A stretch of DNA of 64,000 nucleotides from an uncultured Verrucomicrobiae bacterium (GTDB lineage: Bacteria > Verrucomicrobiota > Verrucomicrobiia > Limisphaerales > Palsa-1400): positions 2,560,001-2,624,000 of the forward strand of contig OY969763.1 in the NCBI GenBank assembly GCA_963702845.1, given 5' to 3'. Positions 10,237 to 20,910 of this stretch are shown here, piece after piece. A program made the position numbers and the translations under genes. Within the stretch, counting starts at the first letter, position 1. Each line of letters begins with the position of its first letter. The notes under the pieces were generated by a model, which ran no database searches, was not told the DNA's origin, and was given only the letters and a program-made list of their open reading frames with translations.

Positions 10237-13200
10237 ATGCGAATTTATCGGTTCTTCGTCCGCTCGCTGACGCTTATGCTCAGCGCCGGGCTTCTGTACG
10301 CGCAGGTCAGCACGAAACGTAACGCGTTCAAGGCATACGAGACCTCGTGGCAGAAACAGCTCGAATCGCGTGCCGATCAATCCGACGTCAGCGCCAAAGA
10401 AGCCGATGCCAAAGCGCGTTACGCCCAAGAGCAAATTCTAGAAGCTTCCCGCGAAAAGAGAACTCCTGAAATCGCGCAACGTTTTCTGGAATTACGCGCC
10501 GAGGCCGCTCAAGCGGAAGCAGACGCAGCTCAACTTCGCTCTGACGCGGCCAAGGATCGCGCCGAAGCCGCTAAAGACCGCAGTGATTCCGCCAAAGCCG
10601 CCGCCGACAATCCGGGCGCACATGGCCAGCATAAATATTACGACGCGATCTGGTTGAAACAGGTCCAGCAACGCGCCGAAGATTCTGCAAAGAAGCTCGC
10701 TGAAGAAGCTTCACGAAAAGCCAAAATCGCTACCAACGCAAATCGCGCGGCCCAATCCAGCGCTGAATCGTTAGCCAAGCAGACGATTCGCCAACAGAAA
10801 CCTGCGGTTCCGACAGCCCCGATAGCTGAATCGAAGGAATCTATCGCGGTTCAGCCTGTTAAACCGGCTGTAGCCGTTGTTAAGGTGGCACCGATCGATA
10901 CCCAAAGTGGCGAGCTTGAACAAAGGCGCGCTGAACTCAAAGCCGCGGAAGAACGCATTAAAGCTGAAGAAGCGCGCTTGGCGGAGTTGAAGGCCAAAGA
11001 AGATTTGGAACGCGCTCGCATTGAGGCCGAAACCGCTGAACGTTCGCGCCAAGCCGAAAAGACCGCGGAATTTAAGAAAGCCCAGATTGAAGCAGCGGCG
11101 AAAGAAAAAGCGCGCAAAGAAGAAGATCGCAAACTCGCCATTGAGGAAGCGGCGTCGAAGAAAGAAGCAGAACATCAGGCCGCGTTGAAGGCTAAAGGTG
11201 AAAAAGAAGCCGCCGATCGTCTCGCTGCCGAACAAGCGTCCGCTGAAAAAGCCCGTAAGAAAGCCGACAAGGAATCTGCACGCCAGCAGAAGGAACGCGA
11301 ACTCGCTGACAAGAAAGCTGCTCAAGAACGCGCTATCGCAGAACGTAACGCGCAGGAACAGCAAGCTCACGAAACGAAAGCAAAGGAAGAAGCTGACCGC
11401 AAGGCGCAACTGGCCGAAGATAAACGCGCGAAGGAACTCGAGATCCAAAAAGGCGCCGAAGCCAAAGCTGCCCAAATCGCTGCTGAACGACAGGCAGCCG
11501 AAGAAGCTGCCCGTGCAAAAGCTGAAGCCAAAGCTGCTAGAATTGCCACTCAAAAGCAAAGTGCTGAAGAAGCCGCCCGTTCTAAAGCCCAGGCGGAAGA
11601 AGCCCGTCGTCAAGCCGACAAACTTGCAGCGAAAAAGACACAGGAAGAAAAAGCTTTAATCGTCGCAACCGAAACACGCACCGAACAAGAGCGTCTCGCG
11701 AATTTGGCAAAGGCACAACACGACACCGATCGCAAAGCTGCTGAAGAAAAAGCCAAGCAGGACGAACGTGAGCGCAACGCCCAGCAACTCGCCGCTGAGA
11801 AAAAGGCGAAACAAGAAGCGGAAGCTAACCGCAAAGCCGAAAAGATAGCCGCTGAAAAAGCCCACGCTGAACAGGTCGCTACTGAGAAAGCACGCGTGAA
11901 AGCGGAAAAAGAAGCCGCCCGCCAGGAAAAAACGCGTATCGCTGCGGAGAAAAAAGCCGCTGCTGAAGAAGCCGCGCGGATCAAACAACAAGAAGAGTTG
12001 GCCGCACGCGAAGCCAAGGTGAAGGAAAAAGCGGAGCGTGATGCCGCCCGCGCTGAGAAGGCACAGTCGACAGCCGCTACTACAACAACTACGGACGACA
12101 AAGCGGCGAAAGAACATTTGTTAGTCACCGAACGCCAGCGCGAAGCTGACACTAAAGCTGAACAGGCCCGCGCGAAAGCCGAACAGGAAAAGCAGGCCAA
12201 GGAAGCCCGCCGCCAAGAGTTAGCCGCACAGAAGAAGGCAGCGCAAGAAGCAGAACTTCAAGCGAAGCAGGACAAAGCGGAGAAAGCCCGCATGGCAAAA
12301 TTGGAACAGGAGCGCCAGAAGATTGCCGCATTGGAAGCTGCAAAACAGCGCGAAGTTCAAACTCAACAGAGCGTTGCGTCGGCTCCAAAGAAGACCGACC
12401 AATTGACTGATGCAGACCGCAAGGCGTTACAGCAGGACGAAGCGAACCGTTTAGCTCAGATGCTCGCGCAAAGCCCTCGCCCTGCCCTCGTCACCCAACC
12501 GAAAGCTTCCGTCATTGCGCAACCGAAATCGGCGGCCGTTATTGAACCAGCCGTTGCAGTGAGAACAACCGAAACACCTGCGGTCAAATTAATCCCCGTC
12601 TCCGAAAAAGTCTCTGCGCCGTCGACGGATACCGATTCTCTTCTGCGTGCGCTGCGCAGTAAAGAAGCCGAACTCAAACCATCGGCTCCGCAAGCTCCCG
12701 CTCCGGTAAAACGAACCGAAGCATCTGCGAAACCGGCCAAACCCGCAGCCCCGGTGGTGCAGTCTACAGCAGTGCAGCCCGCTCCGATTGCTCCGGCTGC
12801 CACCACGAAGGAAGAGAAGTTAGCGGACCTGCTCCGGCGCTATCGTGCCGATCAACTCACTCCGAAAGAATATCATGATCAGCGTGCGGCGATAATGGCT
12901 GGTCAGGAGCCAGTCGCACCAGTCACACCTGCAAAGCCGATCAACAAAGTCGATTCACAACAGGAAAAGCAACGCCTCGACGCGATAGCCGAACAGCAAC
13001 GTGTTGCCGCGGCGGAAAGCGCACGAGCCGAAGCCGCACGCAAAGAAGCAGCAGAAATCGCTCGTAAGCAGGCCGCTGAAAAAGCCGAAAAGGAAAAAGC
13101 TGAAGCAATGGCTCGTCAGGCTGAAGAAGCGCACAAAGCTGCTGACGCTCGTGCTCAACAGGAACGCGCTGCCGCAGCCGCGGCAACCGCGACCGCTGCG

Positions 13201-14163
13201 AAAGTTTCGACTCCAGCGCCAATTGTGGCTGTGGCTTCAACGCCAGCTCTTGATTCATCAGGTCAAGGCAAAGAACAAAAACTCGCCGAACTGCTTCGCC
13301 GCTATCGTGCAAACGAAATCACCCCGCGCGAATATCACGAACAGCGTTCCCACGTTCTCGCCGGTGGAGATATTACTCCCGCGGCCCCGATTCAAATCGC
13401 CACACCATTACTGACGCAACCTGCTGTCGCTGCTGACACCCAAAAAGAAGCCGAATCAAAAGCAGCGCAAAAAGCACTCGCCGACGCCCGTCACGCCAAA
13501 GCCGCTCAGGATAAAGCGCAACGTGAAACGGACGCGAAGGCTCGCACTGCGCAAGAACAAGCCGCCCGCCAGGAAGCGGCGCATCAGGCTGCGTTGGCGG
13601 CAAAACAAGCTGAGACTGATCCACTGGTCAGGGCGTTGCGTTCGAAAGAAAAAGAAATTACCGCAAGTTCAGCCCCGGCGCCTTCTGCAGTGGCTCAGCC
13701 AACGTCGACTGATGCTGCTTACGCCAATCGCCTCCTGAAAATGGAAAAAGAGCGCGCCGAAGCCGCTCACAAAGAAGCTGCGCGCGCTCAACAGACTGCT
13801 CGCGTCGAAGCCCCCGCACCAGCGGCGACACCATCAGCGGTGACGGCACATCCTTCGATGGCAACCCCGACATCACTGGACGCAATTCTTCTAGCCGTTC
13901 GCCAGAAACAAACTGAACTACAATCAGGCGGACAAAAATCTGAAGTTACGCCTATCGCAATTACGACACCTACGTCAGCCCCTGCTCCCGTGGCTGCACC
14001 GGCTGAAACGCCGGTAGTGCAAACCGCTACCGCAACCCTCACGCCTCGAACCGGTTTAACAAAGGAACAACGCGTTGCTGAATTGCTGCGTCGTTACAAA
14101 GCTGAAGAAATTTCGGCGCTTGAATACCGTATGGAACGCGCGAAAGTTTTGTCTGAACCGTAA
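10237..14163 (+). CDS. Secreted/periplasmic Ala-Glu-Lys-Arg-rich coiled-coil protein with three SHOCT-like repeats
   Basis: Signal peptide; several hundred residues of TolA-like AEKR coil; three 'KE.KLA.LLRRY.A..I...EY...R' units, the last at the C-terminus. Confidence 0.75.
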   Translation: MRIYRFFVRSLTLMLSAGLLYAQVSTKRNAFKAYETSWQKQLESRADQSDVSAKEADAKARYAQEQILEASREKRTPEIAQRFLELRAEAAQAEADAAQLRSDAAKDRAEAAKDRSDSAKAAADNPGAHGQHKYYDAIWLKQVQQRAEDSAKKLAEEASRKAKIATNANRAAQSSAESLAKQTIRQQKPAVPTAPIAESKESIAVQPVKPAVAVVKVAPIDTQSGELEQRRAELKAAEERIKAEEARLAELKAKEDLERARIEAETAERSRQAEKTAEFKKAQIEAAAKEKARKEEDRKLAIEEAASKKEAEHQAALKAKGEKEAADRLAAEQASAEKARKKADKESARQQKERELADKKAAQERAIAERNAQEQQAHETKAKEEADRKAQLAEDKRAKELEIQKGAEAKAAQIAAERQAAEEAARAKAEAKAARIATQKQSAEEAARSKAQAEEARRQADKLAAKKTQEEKALIVATETRTEQERLANLAKAQHDTDRKAAEEKAKQDERERNAQQLAAEKKAKQEAEANRKAEKIAAEKAHAEQVATEKARVKAEKEAARQEKTRIAAEKKAAAEEAARIKQQEELAAREAKVKEKAERDAARAEKAQSTAATTTTTDDKAAKEHLLVTERQREADTKAEQARAKAEQEKQAKEARRQELAAQKKAAQEAELQAKQDKAEKARMAKLEQERQKIAALEAAKQREVQTQQSVASAPKKTDQLTDADRKALQQDEANRLAQMLAQSPRPALVTQPKASVIAQPKSAAVIEPAVAVRTTETPAVKLIPVSEKVSAPSTDTDSLLRALRSKEAELKPSAPQAPAPVKRTEASAKPAKPAAPVVQSTAVQPAPIAPAATTKEEKLADLLRRYRADQLTPKEYHDQRAAIMAGQEPVAPVTPAKPINKVDSQQEKQRLDAIAEQQRVAAAESARAEAARKEAAEIARKQAAEKAEKEKAEAMARQAEEAHKAADARAQQERAAAAAATATAAKVSTPAPIVAVASTPALDSSGQGKEQKLAELLRRYRANEITPREYHEQRSHVLAGGDITPAAPIQIATPLLTQPAVAADTQKEAESKAAQKALADARHAKAAQDKAQRETDAKARTAQEQAARQEAAHQAALAAKQAETDPLVRALRSKEKEITASSAPAPSAVAQPTSTDAAYANRLLKMEKERAEAAHKEAARAQQTARVEAPAPAATPSAVTAHPSMATPTSLDAILLAVRQKQTELQSGGQKSEVTPIAITTPTSAPAPVAAPAETPVVQTATATLTPRTGLTKEQRVAELLRRYKAEEISALEYRMERAKVLSEP

Positions 14164-14188
14164 GTTTTACGTTCAGTTTAATCCACAC

Positions 14189-14222
14189 AATGCCGCAGCC
14201 ATGGGTTGCGGCATTTCTCTTT
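14189..14222 (+). terminator. Rho-independent terminator
   Basis: AATGCCGCAGCC-atg-GGTTGCGGCATT followed by a T-rich tail. Confidence 0.7.
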
Positions 14223-14293
14223 AAATTCCCAACTCGACATCGGGCGAGCTTCCGTTAGATATTCGGCACTCGTAATTTCTTAACGAGATTGCC

Positions 14294-15604
14294 ATGCACC
14301 ATTTCCAATACCGAAACAACAAACTCCACTGTGAAGGCGTGTCCATTCAATCGCTCGCCGAAAAATTTGGGACTCCGCTTTATATTTATTCCCAAGCCAC
14401 CCTGACCGACCACTATCAAAAACTGGACAAGGCGCTTGCCCCGCTCGACCACATGATTTGCTTCGCCATGAAGGCGAATTCGAATCTCGCCGTCATGCGC
14501 GTTCTCGCAAATCAAGGCAGTGGCTTCGACCTCGTCAGCGGCGGCGAACTTCAACGAGTCATCGCTGCCGGTGGTGATCCGCGTAAATGCGCGTTTGCTG
14601 GCGTCGGCAAAACAGAAGAAGAAATCGAGTTCGCTTTGCGCAAGGGCATCTACACTTTCAATGCTGAAAGCGAACCGGAACTGCTTCGCATCAACAAAGT
14701 CGCCGCGCGCCTAAAGAAAATCGCTCCCGTTGCCGTTCGCGTGAACCCGAACATCGATGCACACACGCACGCCAAGATCACAACCGGCACATACGAAAAT
14801 AAATTTGGCATCCAATTCGAACAGGTCGAAGGCATTTATGCGCGCGCGTCAAAACTGAAGAACCTGCGTTTCCGCGGTCTCCAGATGCACATCGGTTCAC
14901 AGCTCACAAGCGTCAACCCCTACGAGCAAGCCGTTGAAAAAGTGCTGCCAATGGTGAAAAAGCTCGCCGCTAAATATAAATTCGAATTCTTCAGCATCGG
15001 CGGCGGACTGGGAATCATCTATAAGCCCGCGCTCGCGAGCGGACAGGAAGGCTGGTGGAAATCATCCGACAGCAAAAGGACTCCTCACGCCGCGATCCTA
15101 CGCCTAACAAACTGATCCCATTGTTGAAGCCGCTTGGCTTGAAGATACTGATTGAACCCGGCCGTTTCATCGTCGGCAATGCCGGCATTCTCGTCACGCG
15201 CGTCGAATACGTGAAGCGCACTGGCAAAGAAAAACTTTGTCATCGTCGACGCCGCCATGAATGACCTGATCCGCCCCGCATTTTACGATTCCTACCACGA
15301 AATCGTGCCTTTGCAGCAAGGACGCAACGGCGCGAGCAAAACGATTCCATCAGACGTTGTCGGACCGATTTGCGAATCCGGCGATTTCTTCTGCAAAGAT
15401 CGCCCGCTCCCGAAGGTCGACGAAGGCGATTATCTCGCACTGCTGAGCGCCGGTGCCTACGGATTTGTCATGGCGTCTAATTACAACGCGCGCGCGATGG
15501 CCGCCGAAATTCTCGTCAACGGCAAACAAGCTGCCGTCGTTCGCGAACGCCAGAAAGTGAAAGACATCTGGCGCGACGAAAACATTGCCGCCTGGCTAAA
15601 ATAA
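14294..15604 (+). CDS. lysA: Diaminopimelate decarboxylase, split by three apparent +1 insertions (about 15071-15235)
   Basis: FAMKANSN, HIGSQ, IGGGLGI, EPGRFIVG, VGPICESGD, GAYGFVMASNYN. The last fragment (15257) is back in the frame of 14294. Confidence 0.93.
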
Positions 15605-15614
15605 TTCAGAGCAA

Positions 15615-17144
15615 ATGAACCTCCGCACGGTCTGCGCGTTTCTGCTGCTTCCGCTCGCGAGCATCGCGGCAGAAGCAGATTTCGTCATTCGCAACGAAGC
15701 GGAGTTTCACAAAATCATTCCGCCGGATGCCAGGTTGGAAAAACTGGCATCCGGCATGTCGTTCACCGAAGGTCCGGTTTGGGTCGATTGGCTGTCGTCC
15801 GTTGTGTTTAGCGATATTCCCAGCGATGAGTTGAAAATCTGGAACACAAAAGATGGTCTCAAAACCTTCCGCAAACCCAGCCACAACTCGAACGGAAACG
15901 CTGTCGGCAGCGGTGAACGCATTATCACATGTGAGCACGCAACTCGGCGCGTATCCGTTCAGCAACGAAGTGGAGCTGTTGAAACCCTTGTTGATTCCTA
16001 CGAAGGCCACAAGCTCAACTCACCAAATGACGTCGTTGTAAAATCGGACGGCACGATTTGGTTCAGCGATCCGCCTTACGGAATTGATTTGAAGCAGCGC
16101 GAACTGCCCGGCAATTACGTTTTCCGGTTTGAACCAAAAACCAAACACCTCGTCGCCGTCGTTACAAACTTCGACATGCCGAACGGCCTTTGCTTTTCGC
16201 CCGATGAATCGAAGCTCTACGTCGCCGATTCCGGGGCGCCGCGGCACATCCGTGTTTTCAATTGCACGCATGATAACCATGTCGATGGCGGAAAAGTTTT
16301 CTGCGTCATCGACAAAGGCCTCCCCGATGGAATTCGCTGCGACCGCGCGGGCCGCACCTGGTCGACATCTGAGGACAGCGTCCAAATTTTTTCACCAACC
16401 GGTGAACTGATCGGAAAAATACTCGTGCCGGAAACCCCGGCGAATCTGTGCTTTGGCGGCGCGGATCACGACACGCTTTTCATAACGGCGCATTCGTCGC
16501 TCTACGCAATTAAGGTAAGCGCGCAAAAAAAGACTACCGTTGCTCCTGATCCACGCCGTTTTGAAAAAGAGATCCAAGCCTTTGAAGCCTCCGATCGAAA
16601 GAATCCTCCTTCAGCAGGCGGAATTGTTTTCGTGGGCAGTTCAAGCATCCGCAAGTGGATATCCGTCGCGAAAGATTTTCCAAATTGCCGCGTGCTCAAT
16701 CGCGGTTTCGGCGGCTCGCATTTAGATGATTCGGTCTATTACGCCGATCGCATTGTCTTGCCCTACAAACCAAAAACCATCGTGCTCTTCGCCGGCTCAA
16801 ATGACATCAGCTACGGATTGTCGCCGCAAGACGTGGCTGTGAGTTTCAATGCGTTTGTGCAAAAAGTCCGAACCGCCCTACCATCAACTGAAATTATTTA
16901 TCTGTCCATCAGCACAAGCCCCAGCCGGTGGGGTCAATTCAACCGCGTCAAAGAAGCCAATCGCCTCATTCAAGCTGAAATCAAAGACATGCCAAACGTC
17001 CGGTATGTTGATGTTGTTTCGACAATGCTCGACACCACCGGCAAACCGAACCCAGGTATCTACGGCCCTGACCGGTTGCACATGAACGAAAAGGGTTACG
17101 CGATCTGGACATCCATTTTACGCCCGTATTTGCATTGCGAGTAG
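15615..17144 (+). CDS. SMP-30/gluconolactonase domain fused to an SGNH/GDSL hydrolase domain
   Basis: FTEGPVW, NSPND, PNGLCFSPD and PDG in the N-terminal half; FVGSSSI, NRGFGGS, GSND and DRLH in the C-terminal half; signal peptide. Confidence 0.88.
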   Translation: MNLRTVCAFLLLPLASIAAEADFVIRNEAEFHKIIPPDARLEKLASGMSFTEGPVWVDWLSSVVFSDIPSDELKIWNTKDGLKTFRKPSHNSNGNAVGSGERIITCEHATRRVSVQQRSGAVETLVDSYEGHKLNSPNDVVVKSDGTIWFSDPPYGIDLKQRELPGNYVFRFEPKTKHLVAVVTNFDMPNGLCFSPDESKLYVADSGAPRHIRVFNCTHDNHVDGGKVFCVIDKGLPDGIRCDRAGRTWSTSEDSVQIFSPTGELIGKILVPETPANLCFGGADHDTLFITAHSSLYAIKVSAQKKTTVAPDPRRFEKEIQAFEASDRKNPPSAGGIVFVGSSSIRKWISVAKDFPNCRVLNRGFGGSHLDDSVYYADRIVLPYKPKTIVLFAGSNDISYGLSPQDVAVSFNAFVQKVRTALPSTEIIYLSISTSPSRWGQFNRVKEANRLIQAEIKDMPNVRYVDVVSTMLDTTGKPNPGIYGPDRLHMNEKGYAIWTSILRPYLHCE

Positions 17145-18820
17145 CAGACGCGTTCTGGCAGATATACCTCGTGAATTTTCGTAGCGTTCTTTTGCTCTGT
17201 CTTTGCTGCTTTTCCGTCCTCGCCAAAACTGAACCGCCCGCCGGCGCATCCGCTCATTATACTGCTTCCAGCGGGATGACTGATTCCAGCGCGCCGTTCA
17301 CCGACGTCGACGTTCTCTATGGTCCTCGTGAATTCCTTCATCACGTGTCACATCGATGGTTTCAATTCACCATCCGAAACAGCACCAACGTGTTGTGCTC
17401 CGTAAGGATCCTCAAAGCCGACACCCGAGCATCCCACATCGCCCGTTATCAAGTAACCGTTGGAACCGAGACCCTAGATTACCACGATGCCATCACCGGT
17501 GGAGCGTTATTGCCGGGCTGGGGAAATTTTGAAGGTTACTTTCTTCCGCAGCCAACTCACGCAACGACCTGGATCGACGGCATCCCGCGCACGTGCACCC
17601 TGCTCGGCCAATTGTTATCACTGCAAAGCAACGCCTCGACCACGGCCTGGCAGCAATGGACCAACACCAAAATTCTGTGCCTCAATCGCGAAGTTCTCGT
17701 TGGCACAGGCCGAAATTTCAAAGACGCCGAAGGACATCGTCTCCCGCAAAAACCCGAGAAACACGAATACACCTACGTGGAATTTAAAGCCGATGACTAC
17801 CGCACAATGATCGACTCGGGCATCAACCTGTTTTGGATCGCGGCACATCAGGAACAATTTGTTCGCAGCGAGCCCGTGTTTTACCTGCGGCAACCCGACG
17901 GGAACCCGTCATTGAATTTCCCAGCCGATCTTTATCGCGCAAATTATCTGGGCCACACGATGTTCGTCGATGAACCGGCGGTGTTGACCATCTTCGATCC
18001 CAAAGTGCGACTCGAAACACACAGCTATGATGCCCTTGCTTCATTAGTCGAGACGCGAACACACGCCACCTACCTCTCATCCCATTCGTATGGCGAACGC
18101 TGCCTCGAACTGATGTTCAAGAACATGGGAGTCAATTTCGGTGACATGCAACTTCTCCAGCCCGATTTCCCGGTTTGGGAAACACGATTGGAATTCGGTT
18201 TTTACGAGCTGCGCGGCGGCGGCGCAGGTATTGTTCATGAAGCTCGATACAACGTCGAGGGCTTCAATAAAGAACTAAAGGACGCGACTGGCAGGAACTG
18301 GAATTTTTCCGCCGATGATCTTCTCAAAATCCATTTCGCTGTTTTGCGCGGTGCGGCAACGCCATTCAACAAATTCTGGGGAACGGCTATTTACGGCCAG
18401 TGCGATCCCTTGCTCTCGCCGGCCGCGCTGACCACGGCCTACGATATGGGCGCGCGTTATTTCTGGTTCTGGACTTCGGATCACGATCACCATTTGCCCT
18501 GGAACGAACAGCTTACTCTCGCGCGCACATTGAAGGAGTATGCCGCCAAACATCCGCGCCAATCCATTTACGCTCCGCAGCCGAAGCGCGACGTGGCCAT
18601 TACATTGCCCGGGGGGCTCATTTTCCCGTTCGACAAGTTTGATTGGGTCGACGCTCCGAATTCACAGATGAAAGCCGCGCAGTTTGGCAAACTGCAGCGT
18701 GTCCGGCTTCAAACTTTGGAAACGATTAAGCGATGTTTGCAGCGCAATCAGCAGTTTGACGTTACCATTGACGACGGCAGACGCATCGATGGATATCGGC
18801 ACATCATTCGAATCCGCTAG
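17135..18820 (+). CDS. Uncharacterised secreted protein
   Basis: 561-aa ORF with normal coding composition and a signal-peptide-like N-terminus. The true start may be GTG at 17171. Confidence 0.7.
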   Translation: MRVADAFWQIYLVNFRSVLLLCLCCFSVLAKTEPPAGASAHYTASSGMTDSSAPFTDVDVLYGPREFLHHVSHRWFQFTIRNSTNVLCSVRILKADTRASHIARYQVTVGTETLDYHDAITGGALLPGWGNFEGYFLPQPTHATTWIDGIPRTCTLLGQLLSLQSNASTTAWQQWTNTKILCLNREVLVGTGRNFKDAEGHRLPQKPEKHEYTYVEFKADDYRTMIDSGINLFWIAAHQEQFVRSEPVFYLRQPDGNPSLNFPADLYRANYLGHTMFVDEPAVLTIFDPKVRLETHSYDALASLVETRTHATYLSSHSYGERCLELMFKNMGVNFGDMQLLQPDFPVWETRLEFGFYELRGGGAGIVHEARYNVEGFNKELKDATGRNWNFSADDLLKIHFAVLRGAATPFNKFWGTAIYGQCDPLLSPAALTTAYDMGARYFWFWTSDHDHHLPWNEQLTLARTLKEYAAKHPRQSIYAPQPKRDVAITLPGGLIFPFDKFDWVDAPNSQMKAAQFGKLQRVRLQTLETIKRCLQRNQQFDVTIDDGRRIDGYRHIIRIR

Positions 18821-19942
18821 TTATCCGAGCCGACGCTTGAATCGAAGCGCGCTGAACATAAACAGCAGAAGGCCCATGCCGATCAAAACGACGACGTTCA
18901 CCCAGAACTCCTGCAGACTCGCCCCACGAAGCACGATCGCACGCATCAATTCGATGAAGTAAGTCGTCGGGATAAAGAAACCAATCTCGTAAAAGAACCA
19001 CGGCATCGTTTCGCGCGGGAAAATAAATCCAGAAAAGAACACCGACGGCAAAATCAGCGCCATCGACATCTGCATAGCTTGCATTTGGTTTTGCGCACGC
19101 GTGGAGACCAGCAACCCCATGCTCAACAGCGTGAACACATACACCACCGTCGCGACAAACATCGAAAGCACGCTGCCCGCAATCGGCACCAGGAACAGCC
19201 AGTGCATGATCGCGAACAGTGTCGTCGCCATGATCAGGCCGATACACATGTAAGGAGTTAATTTCCCGAGCATCAATCCCCATCGAGACACCGGGCTCAC
19301 CAACAACTGCTCTAAAGTTCCGCGTTCGCGCTCGCGCACCAGCGACATCGCGCTCGCAAAGGTCGTCGCAATTTGCAAAACAATCCCGATCACGCCCGGC
19401 ACGAAAAAGTTCGGGCTGCGCAACGCCGGGTTGTAGAGCACCTGTGGTCGCACCTCAATCGGCACCTGCGTGCGTCCGCTTTCCTGCAACAGCGCCACCA
19501 CCGATTGCCGCAATGTCACCGCCAACGCGGTATTCAAGGCCTGCAGCGCCGGCGTCGAACTTGATCCATCGATCAACACCTGCACATGCGCGGTTCGTCC
19601 CGCGTGAAGCTCTCGGGTGAAATCCGGTGGAATTTGCACGGCCGCCCAGGCTTTGCCGCGGCGCATAATCGTCCGCACATCATCCAAACTTCGCGCCTCG
19701 CCCGTGACCCGGAACGTCCCTGTATTTGCAAAGCGGTCGATCAATTGCCTGCTCTCCACGGTTCGATCCTGATCCAGCACCACCAGCGACATATTCTTGA
19801 TGTCGTTATCCAGCGCATACCCGAACGCAATCATTTCCACCAACGGCGGAAAGAACATGAAAAACAACGTCATCGGATCGCGCAGCACGGCAATGAACTC
19901 TTTGTAGAGAACCGCGACGAATCCACGAAAAGGCGGTTTCAC
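18821..19942 (-). CDS. ABC-2 type transporter permease
   Basis: KEF..LRD, RERERGTLEQLLVSP, FSGFIFP; multiple TM helices. Confidence 0.92.
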   Translation of the reverse strand: MKPPFRGFVAVLYKEFIAVLRDPMTLFFMFFPPLVEMIAFGYALDNDIKNMSLVVLDQDRTVESRQLIDRFANTGTFRVTGEARSLDDVRTIMRRGKAWAAVQIPPDFTRELHAGRTAHVQVLIDGSSSTPALQALNTALAVTLRQSVVALLQESGRTQVPIEVRPQVLYNPALRSPNFFVPGVIGIVLQIATTFASAMSLVRERERGTLEQLLVSPVSRWGLMLGKLTPYMCIGLIMATTLFAIMHWLFLVPIAGSVLSMFVATVVYVFTLLSMGLLVSTRAQNQMQAMQMSMALILPSVFFSGFIFPRETMPWFFYEIGFFIPTTYFIELMRAIVLRGASLQEFWVNVVVLIGMGLLLFMFSALRFKRRLG

Positions 19943-20904
19943 GCGGCCGCCTCCTGCAATTCGCGATCACGATTCGCAGTGAGCGCGACAAAAACATCCT
20001 CAAGCGACGGCGAAATCTGCCGGATATCAACGTGAGTGATGTTCGCGCGGGTGAGTTCGGTTCGAATCAAGTCGTCGGGCACTGATTCATCAACGAGGAG
20101 ACGCATCGATTGCCCAAACACCGTCGACGTCCTCACGCCCTTCAAACGATGCACGATTTGCAACGCTTTCGTCACGTGCTCGCACGTCACATCCAGCCGT
20201 TTCGTTCCCGGCGGATTTACCTCGGGCAAGTTCTTCAAATCATCCGGCAAGCCGCACACGATGAGCTTGGACATGTGAATGTAACCAACGTGCGTGCATC
20301 GCTCCGCTTCGTCCATGTAATGTGTCGTAACGAACAGCGTCATGCCGCGACTGGAAAATTCGAACAACAAATCCCAAAGTTCACGACGCGCCACCGGATC
20401 GATACCAGCGGTCGGTTCATCAAGAAACAACACCTGTGGATCGTGTAACAGTGAACACGCCATCGCGAGCCGCTGGCGCCAACCGCCGGACAATTGCGCT
20501 GCTCGCCGCCGCAGAAAAGGCTCCAGATGCGTCAGCTTGATGAATTGATCGCGCTTTTGCGCCAATGCGTTTCCGCGCAGTCCATAAAGCCGCCCGTAAA
20601 ACGTCAGGTTTTCGTAAACGGTCAGTTCGTCGTACAACGAGAACTGCTGCGACATATAACCGATGATCGGTTTGATCTCGTCGGTTTGCTGGGTGACATC
20701 GTAACCGGCGATTTTTGCGAAACCTTCCGTTGGCTTAAGCAACCCGCACAACATCCGAATGACCGTGGATTTACCGGAGCCGTTAGGACCGAGGAATCCA
20801 AAAATCGAGCCGGCCGCAATCTTGAACGACACATGGTCAACGGCCGTAAAATGACCGAACCGCTTGGTCAGCCCGTCACATTCGATCATCGTCTCGCCGG
20901 CCAT
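19939..20904 (-). CDS. ABC transporter ATP-binding protein
   Basis: GPNGSGKS, LSGGWRQR, LFLDEPT, TTH. Confidence 0.95.
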   Translation of the reverse strand: MAGETMIECDGLTKRFGHFTAVDHVSFKIAAGSIFGFLGPNGSGKSTVIRMLCGLLKPTEGFAKIAGYDVTQQTDEIKPIIGYMSQQFSLYDELTVYENLTFYGRLYGLRGNALAQKRDQFIKLTHLEPFLRRRAAQLSGGWRQRLAMACSLLHDPQVLFLDEPTAGIDPVARRELWDLLFEFSSRGMTLFVTTHYMDEAERCTHVGYIHMSKLIVCGLPDDLKNLPEVNPPGTKRLDVTCEHVTKALQIVHRLKGVRTSTVFGQSMRLLVDESVPDDLIRTELTRANITHVDIRQISPSLEDVFVALTANRDRELQEAAA

Positions 20905-20910
20905 AAAAAA

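Noticed and set aside
10237..14163. Calling this gene tolA
   Set aside because: The similarity is compositional only; there is no TolA C-terminal domain and no tolQR/tolB neighbours.
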